Below the pieces are notes generated by a model, which did not search any database, was not told where the DNA came from, and saw only the letters and a list, made by a program, of their open reading frames with translations. A stretch of DNA of 64,000 nucleotides from Microthyrium microscopicum (lineage: Eukaryota): assembly GCA_010405405.1 (NCBI GenBank), contig MU004230.1:1832627-1896626 (forward strand), in the 5' to 3' direction. The position numbers and the translations under genes were made by a program. This document shows positions 12,893 to 25,312 of this stretch, one piece after another. Position 1 is the stretch's first letter, and every line of letters begins with the position of its first letter.

Positions 12893-15499
12893 CATACATG
12901 GAATATCTGGATGAAGAGAATGTGGAAGCATTGGAGATAATGTTGATGGAGATCACTTGGAGCTCTTAACGAAGCTTATGAAAAGATCATACACTCTTAG
13001 ATATGAACCTCGCTTTTTTCCATCTATTGGGTATCACGTCGCAGTTTGGTCATCGGAAGTAAGGTGATACACCGCTCTTGTTCCGAATTGCCTAGCGATA
13101 GGAAGCCATGTTCCATTAGCAAGGAAATGTGAAACAGTAATGACGACTTGTTGACAGGTACATGGGCGGCTATTAAAACATGAAGCATTCTTCTAGCAGA
13201 GAAACGCGCCTTGAGACCACATTCTTCCCTCTGAACGAGATGTTTTGTTCTCAGGATTCGCGTTCTCTGAGCACCGGGATCCTGGACTCCATGTCTGGTG
13301 GCTTTGGGGTTGAGCCCAAGATGAAATTCATCAAATCAAAAACTTGTGTGACTGAAATTTCAAGGCATCACCTCGATCCAAATATTGAGGCGTATATTTT
13401 GATATCATGCACAACATCTGATGTTAGAAAAGTGGTAGCCAAATCGGATAGAAAAGGCGCAACCACGTACGGAAGCGGGTACGCCACTGCCGCGCGTCAC
13501 CTCACCCCACATGGCATCCACATGCAACTCCATCGTGGCTGAAGTTAAAGCATGGATTTGGAAACTACCGGTACCGTCCTAGCGGCCCAGGGATTCTCGA
13601 GAACACGAACACGACAGAAAAGTAAGCTCGTTGTAACAGTATTACAAAAGTATCACCGAAACGCTCCTCGAGTCGTTACTCCTCTGGCTTCTCTAGACTG
13701 CTATATGGGGTGCCACTGCATAGCCAGAATATTTGATCCACCCCCACTATGCAGTGCGCATTCTGGGAGTGGTTCGTACCGGCGGAGGCAAAGCAAGCAG
13801 AAGTTAACAAGGAGTCCACTTTTGAATGCGCTTGACTGCGATAGCTGGGCCTGGGCCAATTACGAAAGGGGATGGGGGAAGAGGATGTGCCGTTTGCGTG
13901 GTGATCCAATTGGACTGACAAAATGAAACATGCACTCATGCGGTTTCGAAGAGATGGAAGGAACGATAAATGAGGCTAGGTTGAACACTTGACTAACGAG
14001 TTGAAAGCTAAAGAGCTATTATGATCATCCAACTCTAAACTCTATTGTCAGATCGTATATTGAGGCACTTTCTAGGTTCCCAATGGCGTGGATTCGACGG
14101 TTCATTTAAGTCTCATGGCATGACTGTTCCAGGAAGGTGTATGATCGGAGTCTTCGGAGGTGACAATACGACGGGCATGGATCGGTTCTAACATATTAAT
14201 CCTAGACGTGGATTATTGGGAGGATCTTTCAGGGTCTTGGCTAGTCAGGTTCAAAACCAGTTTAGTTCCTGGTCGCAAACAGGAGGGATCGGTCGCAAGA
14301 GACTTCAAGAAATGAGTGTGATTGGATGAGTGGTAACAAGATTGTGGAAGCCTAAGATAATGAAAAGGATATAAAATAGTAGTCAGGCATGGGAACGAGG
14401 GGCAGGATTTGTTGGAGGATTGATGGAATATATAGATTAGGGGCACAGGGGCAAGAATAGTTATTATAGGGTTTGTTCACTAAAAGAGCATTGTAAATGG
14501 TGGCGGTGCAGATATTCTAGGTAATAGAGTAATCTGAGGCATTTCATGATACCTGCCTATGGAATTGAGTAGGCTGAGAGAATGCAGAAAAAAGAGGTTG
14601 GTGTTTTACAAATCGTCTAGCCACGACTGCTGAGGACTGATCTGGGCCAGATGCGTAGATTTGTCCAACAATAAAGGGCCAGCATCATCGATATCGCGAT
14701 TAAAGCAGCTAGCAGTGAACAGAGTCTAAGCCATATCGGTTGTATATCCAGCTTAACAACCAACGACAATTGGGGATTACCACACCATCGAGAAGCTAGT
14801 GGGAGCTCGCATGGCATCCGCAGAAATGCTGCAGCACACCAGCCAGCCCGGCCTTTTCTTGTGGGTTGGTGGTGGAAATCCCCAGTATTTTTGGATTTGG
14901 ATTTGGATTTTGTCCATCCAAGCCATCTTGGACTTCACCAAGATGATTGATCTGCGAAAGTAGCTTTGTAGAATCGTGGCTGCTCCTGCCCCGCCTTGGA
15001 TTGCCCTTGCCATTGTTAGCCCTTTGCTTCTGCCAAAGATCAGTGCTCACGGGTTGCTCTTGCCAGTAATAATCAGTGACAGTCTCCTTTCGCCCTCAGC
15101 CTTCACAACATAAAGAGTGGCCGCAGCAAGAATCGTCATCTACCAGCCAGGTCAAACATCAACACCATTCTCTGAAACTTTCTCTCTCCCCTTCCCATTA
15201 AACTCTCCCCTATCTTCATCCTTCCACAGTCCACGCTGCTTGCCCCTCTGCCTTTATTCTTCGCTTCTTCCCGCTGCCGTTCAGCCTCCCCCAGTTTTAA
15301 TCAAAAGTCCGTGCCGACGCCTGCTCGATCGGCACCTAGCAATATCCTGCTTTTCAACCTTGGACCCACGCCAGTCCGTGCTATCTAACGCCCGCTCAGG
15401 CGTCCCCGGAGCCTTTTCGGGCCCTGCATCAGAGCATCCAAGCTCGAAACGGTTGTCTTAGCTGATCGACCCATAAATATAAGCCATTCGCTACCCGCC

Positions 15500-16756
15500 A
15501 TGGATCCACGCTTGCAGAACCAGCAACGTCCCAATACCCGTCCACGAACAAAGTCTGGATTCAGTTTTCGCAGAAGTTTAAGCAACAAGAGCAGCGAAAC
15601 TTCATCTCATAAGCGCAAGGAGTCTCACGAAGAATCTCCTTCTGACAAGCGCAAGACCCACATGTCGCAAACCACGAAAGCCAATCCAAATGCCGCTATC
15701 AGCGAAGCACAACCAAGTACGTCAACTATCCATGGCGAAATGGCCATTTGTGCTAACATCGTTCAGTTGCGCAAGCTTTGGAGAAGACAACCATTACCAG
15801 TCTCGCCAATATTAGATGTAACGACATTCATGGTAATCCAATAAGTGAGATCGGTTTTCTCAAAGCTCATAACAATGTCTAATTATCCTCTCCAGGTGAT
15901 CCTGACAAAAGCAATCCTACACGATGGCGAATGGAGCGTCCCCTCGATACTATTAAATCTTTCGAAATGTCTATTGAACGGGCTCATGCTTCACGTCAAT
16001 CCTCTTATTATCGTACGTCGACCTACAACCCTCAGTATACGTTTTCATACACCCCACTAACTTTTCGGCGTAGCAAACGGTCCCAATGGTCCCCAGAGCC
16101 GGAGAACCAGCTACATGGGCGCTAGCCAAGGCCACGCTGGCTACGACCAGAGTCAACGACAGTCCAATGGTCCCGGAGCAGGATACGGAGCTTCTCGAGA
16201 TAGCTATGGAGAAAGCGGACAGAATGGATACAATGGTTACAACGGCTACAACGGCAGTAACAAGGAATATGGTCAAGGACCAATGCGTGGCCAACAAGGC
16301 TATGGTCCACAAGGTGCCCCCATATACCCAGCTGTAGGCAATTCAAGGTCAAAGGATACTCTTAATACTGGAGGCTCTGGAGGAAGCGACCAGTGGAACA
16401 ATTCGACAAATCCAACCAGTGACGAAGGCTCACTGGAGCGGGCGAATGGTGTTTCCAGGCCGGTGCCTGTCCAATCACACTCTGGATACCAGCAAAACTA
16501 TGGATCTTACGATGAACAAGCGTATGGAAACAATGGCGGACCCCCAAGACCGCCGCAGCACATGGCTGGAAACAATGGATATAATGGAGGCAATTATAAT
16601 CAAAATCAAGGAATAGGCGAAAATCCTCCACCACCGCCTCCGAAACAGGCAGCTACCAAAAACATTATTCGTCTAAGTCAAACTGCTGTTCAGTCGGAAG
16701 CAGCACCAGCGGAGAGATCAAGCTGGTTCAAAAAACGATTCAGCAAGGGAAAGTAA
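15500..16756 (+). CDS. DUF2406-family fungal protein with a G/N/Q/Y/P-rich low-complexity C-terminus
   Basis: KANPNAAISEAQP...DPDKSNPTRWRMERPLDTIKSFE matches my recollection of the DUF2406 core. Ends SWFKKRFSKGK. Three introns. Confidence 0.75.
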
Positions 16757-17249
16757 ATATCGATTATCACGAACGAGAGCTTGCGAATTGGAAAGGAAAT
16801 GAGCTTTTCATGTCGGGAGACGGCCAATTCATTTTATGCTCCGCCCACTCAGCTTGACATGATTTTACAGTTGATGACGGACCTCGGGGACCAAGGACCA
16901 AAACTGGACAGCTGCACTGGATGGCCAGAGATACAGAGACAGTCGCGGAGATGTTGTTGAAACCAGGATACACTCCGCTTGTACATATGCAACACCTGGT
17001 TTATTTTGTGGGACGTGTTTATGATATGATATCAATGGCGTATGATGTTGGGTATGCGCAAAATGGCGCGGTATTCTTTTTTATGTATGGCGTAGCAAAC
17101 AATTCCCCCAAATCAGACTTTATGAAGGGACATCTGATCAATACCATTCTCAAATTCGTTATGGCATTTACTCTGAACTTAATCCGGTACCTGGGTATCT
17201 GTGACAATATAAACTACTAAGTGTAACAAACAAAGCTCTCATAACAAGC

Positions 17250-17618
17250 TTATTGGGCTTTCTTCTGATGCACAGGCTGAGCAAACTCTGCTTGATCCTC
17301 TCGCCAAGCTAGATAAACGTAGCCTACCAGCACGAGATTGGCAACAGCAGCGGCAGAAGCACCAGCTAGTGTTGCGTTTCCTTTGACGCAAAATTAGCAA
17401 GGCTGGGGAATGTGTTGTGTGGAATGCTACGTACCGTTGAACAGTGAGTTGATTGTGACAAAGTATGTGCCGAGTGGAAGAACAATCATGCCTACTGTAA
17501 AACCTAGAAGGGTGACAACAATTGAGGAGGGAATTCCGGCTGCTGGTGCTGATGATGGACTTGCATCTCTTGATATCTGTTCTTGTGCGGAGGGATGTCG
17601 TTGCCTTGGAGTTGTCAT
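17250..17618 (-). CDS. VMA21: V-ATPase assembly integral membrane protein Vma21
   Basis: Two TM helices (LLGFTVGMIVLPLGTYF; GNATLAGASAAVANLVLVGYVYLAWRED) and a C-terminal KKAQ ER-retrieval motif. Intron 17381-17434. Confidence 0.9.
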
Positions 17619-18213
17619 ATTGCGTTTATATATGATTTTGTCTGGTTGGGATCCTGGCTCTTTCGTTTGCAACTAGACTTGTGTGGGGTATTTGATATCA
17701 AGCTGGTGGGAATAGGTGGTTGAACAAAGCAATAGCAAAAGGCTCAGGAGAGTTTGGACATGATGATGTTGATGGTTTGGTTGATGCTTCCGGAAAGGGC
17801 AGTCTGATTGAACGCCATCGACTGGAACAGCAGGAACGGGTTGACAGGGGTTGCAGACGCGACTGCCAAACTGACAGACCGCGTTCAACGTTCCTTCCTC
17901 TCAGTCACTTTCCACACTTGCATCTTCAATGTTCTTGGTGCCTTCCACTTTCAACCTCAACTATTGCCAAATCTCACTATCAGCTATTGTCTTTGATCTC
18001 TCTATAAAAGAATCTACCTTGAATCCTCACTACCCGCTTGATCTATAGCCACTCCATTTTATTGTCTCGAGACTTACTCTATCTCTTGATCCCGGCACCT
18101 CGCCGCTTTTTCGAGTCAAAATCCTTCTCCATGTTCCGGTCACCTTGAAGCAATTCCACCCGCCTCTTTCTCGCGAGTTCTACACTTTCGACCTCCACTC
18201 CAGCCCTTTTACC

Positions 18214-21200
18214 ATGTCGCCCACATTTGATCCAATTCTGTCCTCTTCGCCGCCGGCGGCCAAGAGGATCACAACACCTGAACGTTCAAGCCCAGCCTTG
18301 ATTCCCGACCCGGTTACATCACCACGCGAAAATACCTTCATGACCCAACCAACCCAATTACTACCACCACGCGAGAGTTCTCCTCCACAAGTCCTAGTTC
18401 CTGCGACGTCTCCTACGCGTCCTTCGCCGGCAGCCGCGCGAAACAATCAATCTTTGGCACAAAACGGAGTTTTTAATCGCATGGCCCCACCAGGCACTTA
18501 TCTAAACGTTGCCACGCAAAATTCTCAACGCAATCCCGTTATTCTCGACAGCGACGACGAAGACGAGCGGGTTATGATTTCTGACCCAGAGGATGAACTC
18601 AGTCGTTCTAATATTCCGGCTGCGAAAATGACATCCTTGTCTCAATATACTTATAGCCCAACCGTTTCGTCTATCCCTCGAAAACGTCCTTCTGATGATG
18701 GTTCGTCTCAGGAAGAGCCATTCACTTTCAAACACCAGAAGCGGACACCCAATGTGCCGCCTCCCACTTCTGGTGTGCAACAAGTTGACAAGGCGCGCAA
18801 AATTGAAAGTATAAAAAATGTCTTCCCTCATTTGACTAACCTCCAAATCATCGATTACCTACAAAAGCGCCATTGGAATGTTTCCGATGCTGTCAGCTAT
18901 ATCGCGTCCTTGGATGATCCGAATGCGCCACAGCCATCTTCTCGGGTCGTTGACCTCACCCAATCAAGCGATGATAAGGCCATCGTGAAGGGTGTGGCCC
19001 GAACCAAAACTAACATGCCTCCATCCAAGTTCCATCAGCAAGACAACAAAGCTTCCATTGCTCAGAAATATGGACAGGTTGGAAAGCAGGTTCAGAATAA
19101 GCGCAGGCTTATCAAAAAACCACAACGCCAAGAGACTGCTTATTCTTCTGATACCGAGGTTGCAGCTCCACAGCAGCTGCAGCAGAAACAGAAGATTGTT
19201 CTGCCAAGAGATATCTCTGACGCGTCACCCGAGGAAGATGAAGCTGAGGAGACTGAGGCGGAGGAGTCAGAGGTACAGCAATCTGATAATGGCAGCCTGC
19301 TGAATTTCTTCAATACTTGCAATGCCAAAGATCTTGCCGATTTGGCGATCAGCACGGAGGAAATCGCTGAGTTGATCATCACTGCACGCCCCTTCCGAAA
19401 TTTGGATCAGGTCGCTCTCGTCAAGGAAGCGGCTGTCCCAGGCAATGGCAAAGGACGTCGTGGAAAAGGGCCCAAAGCTGTAGGAGAGAAGGTACTCAAC
19501 GTGTGCGAGCAAATGTGGGACGGACTGAATGCCATTGACGCCTTGGTCAAGCATTGTAATGAGCTGGGAAAGAGAGTCAAGGATCGTATGGACCGCGTTG
19601 GACTCCACTCCAATGAGAAGGAAATCAATGCTACCGAGTTCGGTACAGACTCTGGAATTGGTACTCCCAACGCCTCTCCAGTCAAGCCAAAGCATATGTT
19701 GCAGCCAGCCAACATGTCGAAAGAAATGAAAATGAAGGCTCATCAGATCGTTGGACTGAACTGGTTGAACATCATGCACTCTCTAAACATCTCGGGAATT
19801 CTTGCTGATGATATGGGTCTCGGAAAGACCTGTCAAGTCATTTCTTTCCTGTCACATCTTCTCCAGAAAGCCGAAGAGAATGATGAAGATATGGGCAATC
19901 ATTTGATCATTGTCCCAGGTTCAACGCTTGAAAATTGGCTTCGTGAATTTGAGCGATTCTCGCCTGAGATCAAAACCTTCCCATATCACGGCTCGCAAGC
20001 AGAGCGGTCCGATATGCAAGAGCAGGTTGAAAAGGGAGAGGTCGAGTTCGACGTCGTCATCACAACTTATGACATGGCCCAGAATAAGCATGATCAACCA
20101 TTCTTGCGCAAGTTAAAACCACGCACTGTCATCTTTGACGAGGGCCACATGCTCAAGAACAAGAATTCGCAACGCTACCAACAACTGCTGAGAATCAACA
20201 CTCCATGGCGACTTCTTCTGACCGGCACTCCCCTTCAAAACAACTTGCAGGAACTGGTCTCTATTCTTGGCTTCATCATGCCAGATGTGTTCCGCCAGCA
20301 CGAAGAAGATTTGGAATATATATTCAAACACAAGGCCAAAACAACCGACAATGACAAGAACTCTGTCCTTCTGTCCGCCCAGCGCATTGACCGTGCCCGC
20401 GAAATGATGGCGCCCTTCATCCTTCGCCGCAAAAAGGATCAAGTGCTCAAGGATTTGCCTAAAAAGATCAGCCGCGTCGAGTATTGCGGCATGACAGATA
20501 ATCAAGCACTGGTCCACAAAGATTTTGTGGAGATTCACGAAGAGGCTATCCGCAAGCGCAAGGCGGGTGAAGTTGGGAGCATGCGCAACTATCTCATGGA
20601 TCGTCGCAAGGCTGCAATTCATCCTCTTCTCTTTCGCTATCATTATACCAATGATTGGATCGCGAAGGTCCACAAGAAGATTCCAGCCAAAGGCAAATAT
20701 CGTGGATGGTCGGCCCTGAAGTTCGAGGAGGAGATGTCATGGTGGTCTGACTTTCAAATTCATCAAGTTTGTCAGGAAGTACCTGCTTTGGAAAAACATG
20801 TACTCACCAATGAGTGGATGGACTCTGGCAAAGTGGACAAGTTGCTTGAACTCCTTACAAAATACGATAAAGAAGGCGGCCGCACTCTGGTCTTTTCACA
20901 GTTCACCAAAGTTCTTGACATCCTCGAATCCGTCTTCTGGACTAAAGACATCAAGTTCTGTCGTATCGATGGCGATACTCCAATTGCCGCACGTCAAGAT
21001 TGGGTTGACACCTTCACAAATGACGAATCCTATAAGGTGTTCCTACTCTCCACACGCTCCGCTGGCCATGGAATCAACTTGCCTTGTGCCAACAAGGTCG
21101 TCATCTTTGATTCGTCTTTCAATCCCCAAGATGATGTCCAGGCTGAGAATCGCGCCCATCGTATCGGCCAGACTCGTGAGGTTGAAGTTGTTCGCTTGAT

Positions 21201-21594
21201 CACTAAGGGCTCGATCGAGGAGCAGATTCATGCACTTGGCCAGAGTAAGTTGGCAATGGAAGACGCTGTCACTGCCGATCAGGGCAAGGCGAACAAGTTG
21301 GAGGATGAGGGCATTGAGTTGGTCGAGAAGATGTTGGAAGGGGAGCAAGATTCCAAGCTTGCTCTGAAGTCTGAGGAAATGAAGAGTGATGAGAAACAGG
21401 AAGATGTCAAGGATGAGGACGTCAAGAAGGAAGACGTCAAGAAGGAGGATGTCAAGGATGAGGATGTCAAGAAGGAAGATGTAAAGAAGGAGAAGAGCAA
21501 AAAGAAGGACGTCAAGAAGGAAGTTAAGAATGAAGATGTAAAGGACATGTTCATGAAAGGCATGAAGAAAGCCGGGATCAAAATGAAGGCTTAA
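18214..21594 (+). CDS. FUN30: SNF2-family chromatin remodeller Fun30/Fft/SMARCAD1, intronless
   Basis: Contains GILADDMGLGKT, DEGH, LLTGTPLQNNL, FNPQDDVQAENRAHRIGQ and a CUE-like helix region (IKNVFPHL...DAVSYI). STLENWLREF is typical of the Fun30 subfamily. First ATG at 18214. Confidence 0.88.
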   Translation: MSPTFDPILSSSPPAAKRITTPERSSPALIPDPVTSPRENTFMTQPTQLLPPRESSPPQVLVPATSPTRPSPAAARNNQSLAQNGVFNRMAPPGTYLNVATQNSQRNPVILDSDDEDERVMISDPEDELSRSNIPAAKMTSLSQYTYSPTVSSIPRKRPSDDGSSQEEPFTFKHQKRTPNVPPPTSGVQQVDKARKIESIKNVFPHLTNLQIIDYLQKRHWNVSDAVSYIASLDDPNAPQPSSRVVDLTQSSDDKAIVKGVARTKTNMPPSKFHQQDNKASIAQKYGQVGKQVQNKRRLIKKPQRQETAYSSDTEVAAPQQLQQKQKIVLPRDISDASPEEDEAEETEAEESEVQQSDNGSLLNFFNTCNAKDLADLAISTEEIAELIITARPFRNLDQVALVKEAAVPGNGKGRRGKGPKAVGEKVLNVCEQMWDGLNAIDALVKHCNELGKRVKDRMDRVGLHSNEKEINATEFGTDSGIGTPNASPVKPKHMLQPANMSKEMKMKAHQIVGLNWLNIMHSLNISGILADDMGLGKTCQVISFLSHLLQKAEENDEDMGNHLIIVPGSTLENWLREFERFSPEIKTFPYHGSQAERSDMQEQVEKGEVEFDVVITTYDMAQNKHDQPFLRKLKPRTVIFDEGHMLKNKNSQRYQQLLRINTPWRLLLTGTPLQNNLQELVSILGFIMPDVFRQHEEDLEYIFKHKAKTTDNDKNSVLLSAQRIDRAREMMAPFILRRKKDQVLKDLPKKISRVEYCGMTDNQALVHKDFVEIHEEAIRKRKAGEVGSMRNYLMDRRKAAIHPLLFRYHYTNDWIAKVHKKIPAKGKYRGWSALKFEEEMSWWSDFQIHQVCQEVPALEKHVLTNEWMDSGKVDKLLELLTKYDKEGGRTLVFSQFTKVLDILESVFWTKDIKFCRIDGDTPIAARQDWVDTFTNDESYKVFLLSTRSAGHGINLPCANKVVIFDSSFNPQDDVQAENRAHRIGQTREVEVVRLITKGSIEEQIHALGQSKLAMEDAVTADQGKANKLEDEGIELVEKMLEGEQDSKLALKSEEMKSDEKQEDVKDEDVKKEDVKKEDVKDEDVKKEDVKKEKSKKKDVKKEVKNEDVKDMFMKGMKKAGIKMKA
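21403..21546 (+). repeat. Coding 15-bp minisatellite encoding DVK(K/D)E repeats
   Basis: Six tandem GAYGTMAAGRAKGAR units at 21403-21492, followed by degenerate copies up to 21546. Confidence 0.9.
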
Positions 21595-22058
21595 GCATGA
21601 GAGGCTTGCCTAAATCGAGAGCACTTCCCTTCTACATTCAACGAATTGTTTGGATCTGAGTTCAATCGCTCAGTGCTAATGTGTCTTTGCATAGCGTAGC
21701 GTTATTTTAGACTTGCATTTCACATAAATGCAGACTGGTTGACTGATATTAAAGCGACTTCTAGGTCTGCTACGGTCCCGTCGCCATGGTGTTTCGATAG
21801 ATGCTACTAGACATACCATAATTCATATTGTGAATTCCACACATCTATCTCTTCTTCTCGTGATAATCCTGTATCTAAAACATACCCCAAAAATATTTTC
21901 CTCTGTTTCCAAAATCGCCCCTTTTCGAATGTCAATCTTGTCAAACCAACGCCAAGCCCCCCAACACCTCTCACCACTTCCCAACGCCCATCCAACAAAC
22001 CTCCAATCCAACACAACCCACCCAAATAAATCAAGAGCAAGGAAAATATAGATTCAAA

Positions 22059-24204
22059 ATGGAGACAGAAAAAGCATACATCTACCAACCAACCGGCACC
22101 AAACGCCGCCGTCTAACCACAAACCCCCTCAACGCGTCCACCCGCCCTGCCCGCTCTGCCATCCACACGCGCCTCTGGACATCCCAACACGCCCGTCTAT
22201 CCACCGTCCTTTCACGCGCCAACGACGCATTTGTAGAGCGCGTTAATGCGTTTTTGAAGGATGGGCCGGCTGTGCTGACGGCGGGCGTTAGGAGCTTGAA
22301 GGCGGGGTATGTGCTTGCTGGACCGGAGGGGGCTGGGCATGCGGAGTTATTTGCGCGTCTAGGCGGGGATGTGGAGGGGATGGTAAGGGTGGTGTGTTTG
22401 GTGCCGGCGGAGGGGGCGTCGTTGAGGGGATTGGTGAGGGCGTTTGTGAGGAAGGTTATGGGTGGTGAGGGCGTGGATTTGGCGAGTGTGTTGGAGTGGG
22501 TTTGGGAGGAGAAGGTGGGTGTTTTGGCGGTGGGGGTTGTTGATAGTGAGGCGTTTGGGTCGGGGGTTTTGGTGGAGTTTTTGGATCTGTTGTGGTATGT
22601 TTTTCATTTCTATCGTCTTGTGTTTTTTGAGGGTGTACGTATGCTGATTTGCTGGTAGTTCGTGGTCTGATCGCATTCCGTTGGTGGTGTTGTTTGGGGT
22701 TGCGACGTCGATTGAGATTTTCCAGGATCGGTTGCCTAGGACGACGTTGAGAGCGCTCAGTTCGACGCAATTTGATGTCGTGCAAAGTAAGGTGTTGCTT
22801 GAGCAGTTGTTTGAGTCGACTGTGGCGGAGAGTGAGTTTTGGGTTGGACCGACGTTGGCGGGCGTGCTGTTGGAGAGACAGCAGAAGCATATTCAAAGTC
22901 CTGATGATTTTGTCAACGCGGTGCAGGTAAGCTTTGAGATTCAGAGGAGAAGACTAAGCTAATGCTGCTATAGTATGCGTATATGTGCCATTTCTTCAGC
23001 AACCCGTTGAGTATCTTCTTGGGGACAGAGGAGGAGATCAAAAAGGTCAAGTCCAACAGTCTGTTCGAAGCACTGCGTTGTACAGAGTCATTTCAGCAGT
23101 GAGTTGTTTTGTGTGTGTCCAGGCTGAGTACTGCTAATCAGTGTACAGAAAGATATCCGAATTAGCCGATGACCCACTAACTTTGAACGAAGCCAAGCAA
23201 TTGCTAAAATCGGACGACGACTTGGTTGACCACGTAGTCGACGAAATTGCGCGCAGCAGAGCATCGTTGGTACAACTTACTACGTCGATAAAACTCCTAC
23301 GAGCTGCACGAAAGCAGTTTACGAATATAGCAGACATTTCTTTCTCAACTCTGTATCTCCAAGGATTCGGTGGCGACTTGAAAGACTCTGCGCTATTGAG
23401 AGAGTTCTTTCTAAACCTTAAGAAGGCACCGTCCAACATGCTCAGCCGAATCATGTCAATTATTACACCTTTTGTGCCCGCTGCTGATCTGGACCAGCTG
23501 GCCGAAATACAAATGCAGCTGGCAGAGTTGATTCAGAGAGTCGGTGCTAAGGATCCGCTCAAGAGTCAGTACGATGTGAAGAACGATACATTACGAACAA
23601 CAGTCGTTGCGCAAAAGGTGGAGCTCAGTCGAAACAAGGCCAGAATATCAGAAGATGATGCTGCTTACTCCAAAATTCTGGATACGTTCCATGATTGGTT
23701 GACAGATCTCTTTAACGACACGTTGGTTTGCATGGAGGACATCCCCTATCGAGAAATCCTCATATATGACGGCCGTGGGCCCGACAAAGCGGTGTTTACA
23801 CCTCGACATCGTTACGTGATCGAAAGAGCTCTATCATCTCCACATGACTATTTGAATTGCGAGTGTTGCAAGTCAACGGCACGAGATGAGAAAGGCGACG
23901 TCGGGCTTTCAAAGACACAACCTTCTACAGCGCTGTTGTATCAGCTGTATCTCGAATCTGGCGCATCAATCAATGTTGCCGATCTCTGGACAGCCTTCAA
24001 CGCTATTATGAGCGAGGACGAAGAAGAGGAGGCTGAAAAGAGAAACATGTAAGTCGATCGGCCTTTTCTATTTGTCCGTATGCTTATACCAGTCCCAGGT
24101 ACCTATTTCAAACAGCATTAGCCGAGCTGAAATATCTCGGCCTTGTACGAAGCACCAAGAAGAAAGCCGACCACATCCTCAAAGTATCCTGGAAAGGCCT
24201 ATAG
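22059..24204 (+). CDS. ORC3: Origin recognition complex subunit 3
   Basis: Contains DSEAF...SSWSDRIPLVVLFGVATS, YAYMCHFFSNPLS and ALSSPHDYLNCECC. The winged-helix C-terminus runs LYLESGASINVADLW...ALAELKYLGLV...WKGL*. Four introns. Confidence 0.9.
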
Positions 24205-24261
24205 AATTGAGTGGATATACATTGCATTAGCATACGTTTACAGCATTATATCAAACATCAT

Positions 24262-24878
24262 TCATGTTTTCTTCGATGGCGCCGTATCACATATTGTGCC
24301 ACAATTCTTGCACGTCCGCGCCTCCTTATCTTCTTTGAAGGAGTTGACGGCTTCTTTCAGCTGTGTCCCAAGATCCACACAATGGAATGCCGCCTCATGC
24401 ACCAGCTCCTTACAATTCTGGCAATACCACCGCAACCGATCAATGCTCTCTGCCGGCCGAATCTGCTCTATCACTACGCCCACCGTGTTGGCGAATCGCA
24501 CAGGGTTGTGCGGTACATTTGGTGGTAGGAGAAACATATCGCCTTCTCGAATTGGTACATCACGGAAAGCTGAGGTGTCTGGATCGACTATTTTGAGCAG
24601 CATGTCGCCTTGGAATTGGTAGAACCATTCCGGTGTTTCGTTGACATGGTAGTCGGTGCGCTCATTGGGACCACCGACTATCTACGAGACGTTAGTGGCG
24701 ACCAGAAATGACACATGGTTCATAAATACCATAACTGTCATATCTTTGTTGGTGACCAAGTGGTTGTTGATGGGCGGTTTTAGGAGGTGGCGGTTTTCTT
24801 GCAGCCTGAAGACATTAGAACATTAGAAAGAGTACAATCATGCTAGAAATACCATTTTGGGATATTCAGAGGTGGCAT
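24262..24878 (-). CDS. BNA1: 3-hydroxyanthranilate 3,4-dioxygenase (kynurenine NAD+ pathway)
   Basis: Spliced [23 protein letters not shown]...[21 protein letters not shown]...[12 protein letters not shown], with rubredoxin-like CxxC pairs (WYCQNC, TCKNCG). Two introns. Confidence 0.95.
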
Positions 24879-25312
24879 TATTCCAGGTGAAGCGGACTGT
24901 CGCCGCGATGTTGAACTATATGACCTCAATATGGGGGTGGCATTCTTTGGTAGTATGGACGGCAGCCGGAGAGCCGCTCGTCTTGTAATCATCTTGGTTC
25001 GAGGTTATATAAGAAACTCCCTCAGCAAAATAAAAGGTATCCGGTCTAACTTTTTCCTCTGCCTAAGAATCCGAAATCCTTACCATGAAAGACTAAAGCT
25101 AACGATATTCTGATGGAAGCAAGATCAATGCTCATTTTAGGCGCGCTCTTAAAATTCGCCATACCTTACATATGCAGGTCTCAGATGCAGCAGCTGTCAA
25201 CCCCAGAAACTAACTCAAACACACGCATCCCATCACACCATCCACATCTCCTCGTTCCTCCTATCTAATCCTACCCTTTTCACACTCATTCAAACTTTCC
25301 AACACCAGAAAT

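Noticed and set aside
14890..14911. (TTGGAT)3 and other short tandem repeats, such as AAGGCTGA x3 at about 42403-42433
   Set aside because: Ordinary microsatellite-scale repeats with no supporting context.
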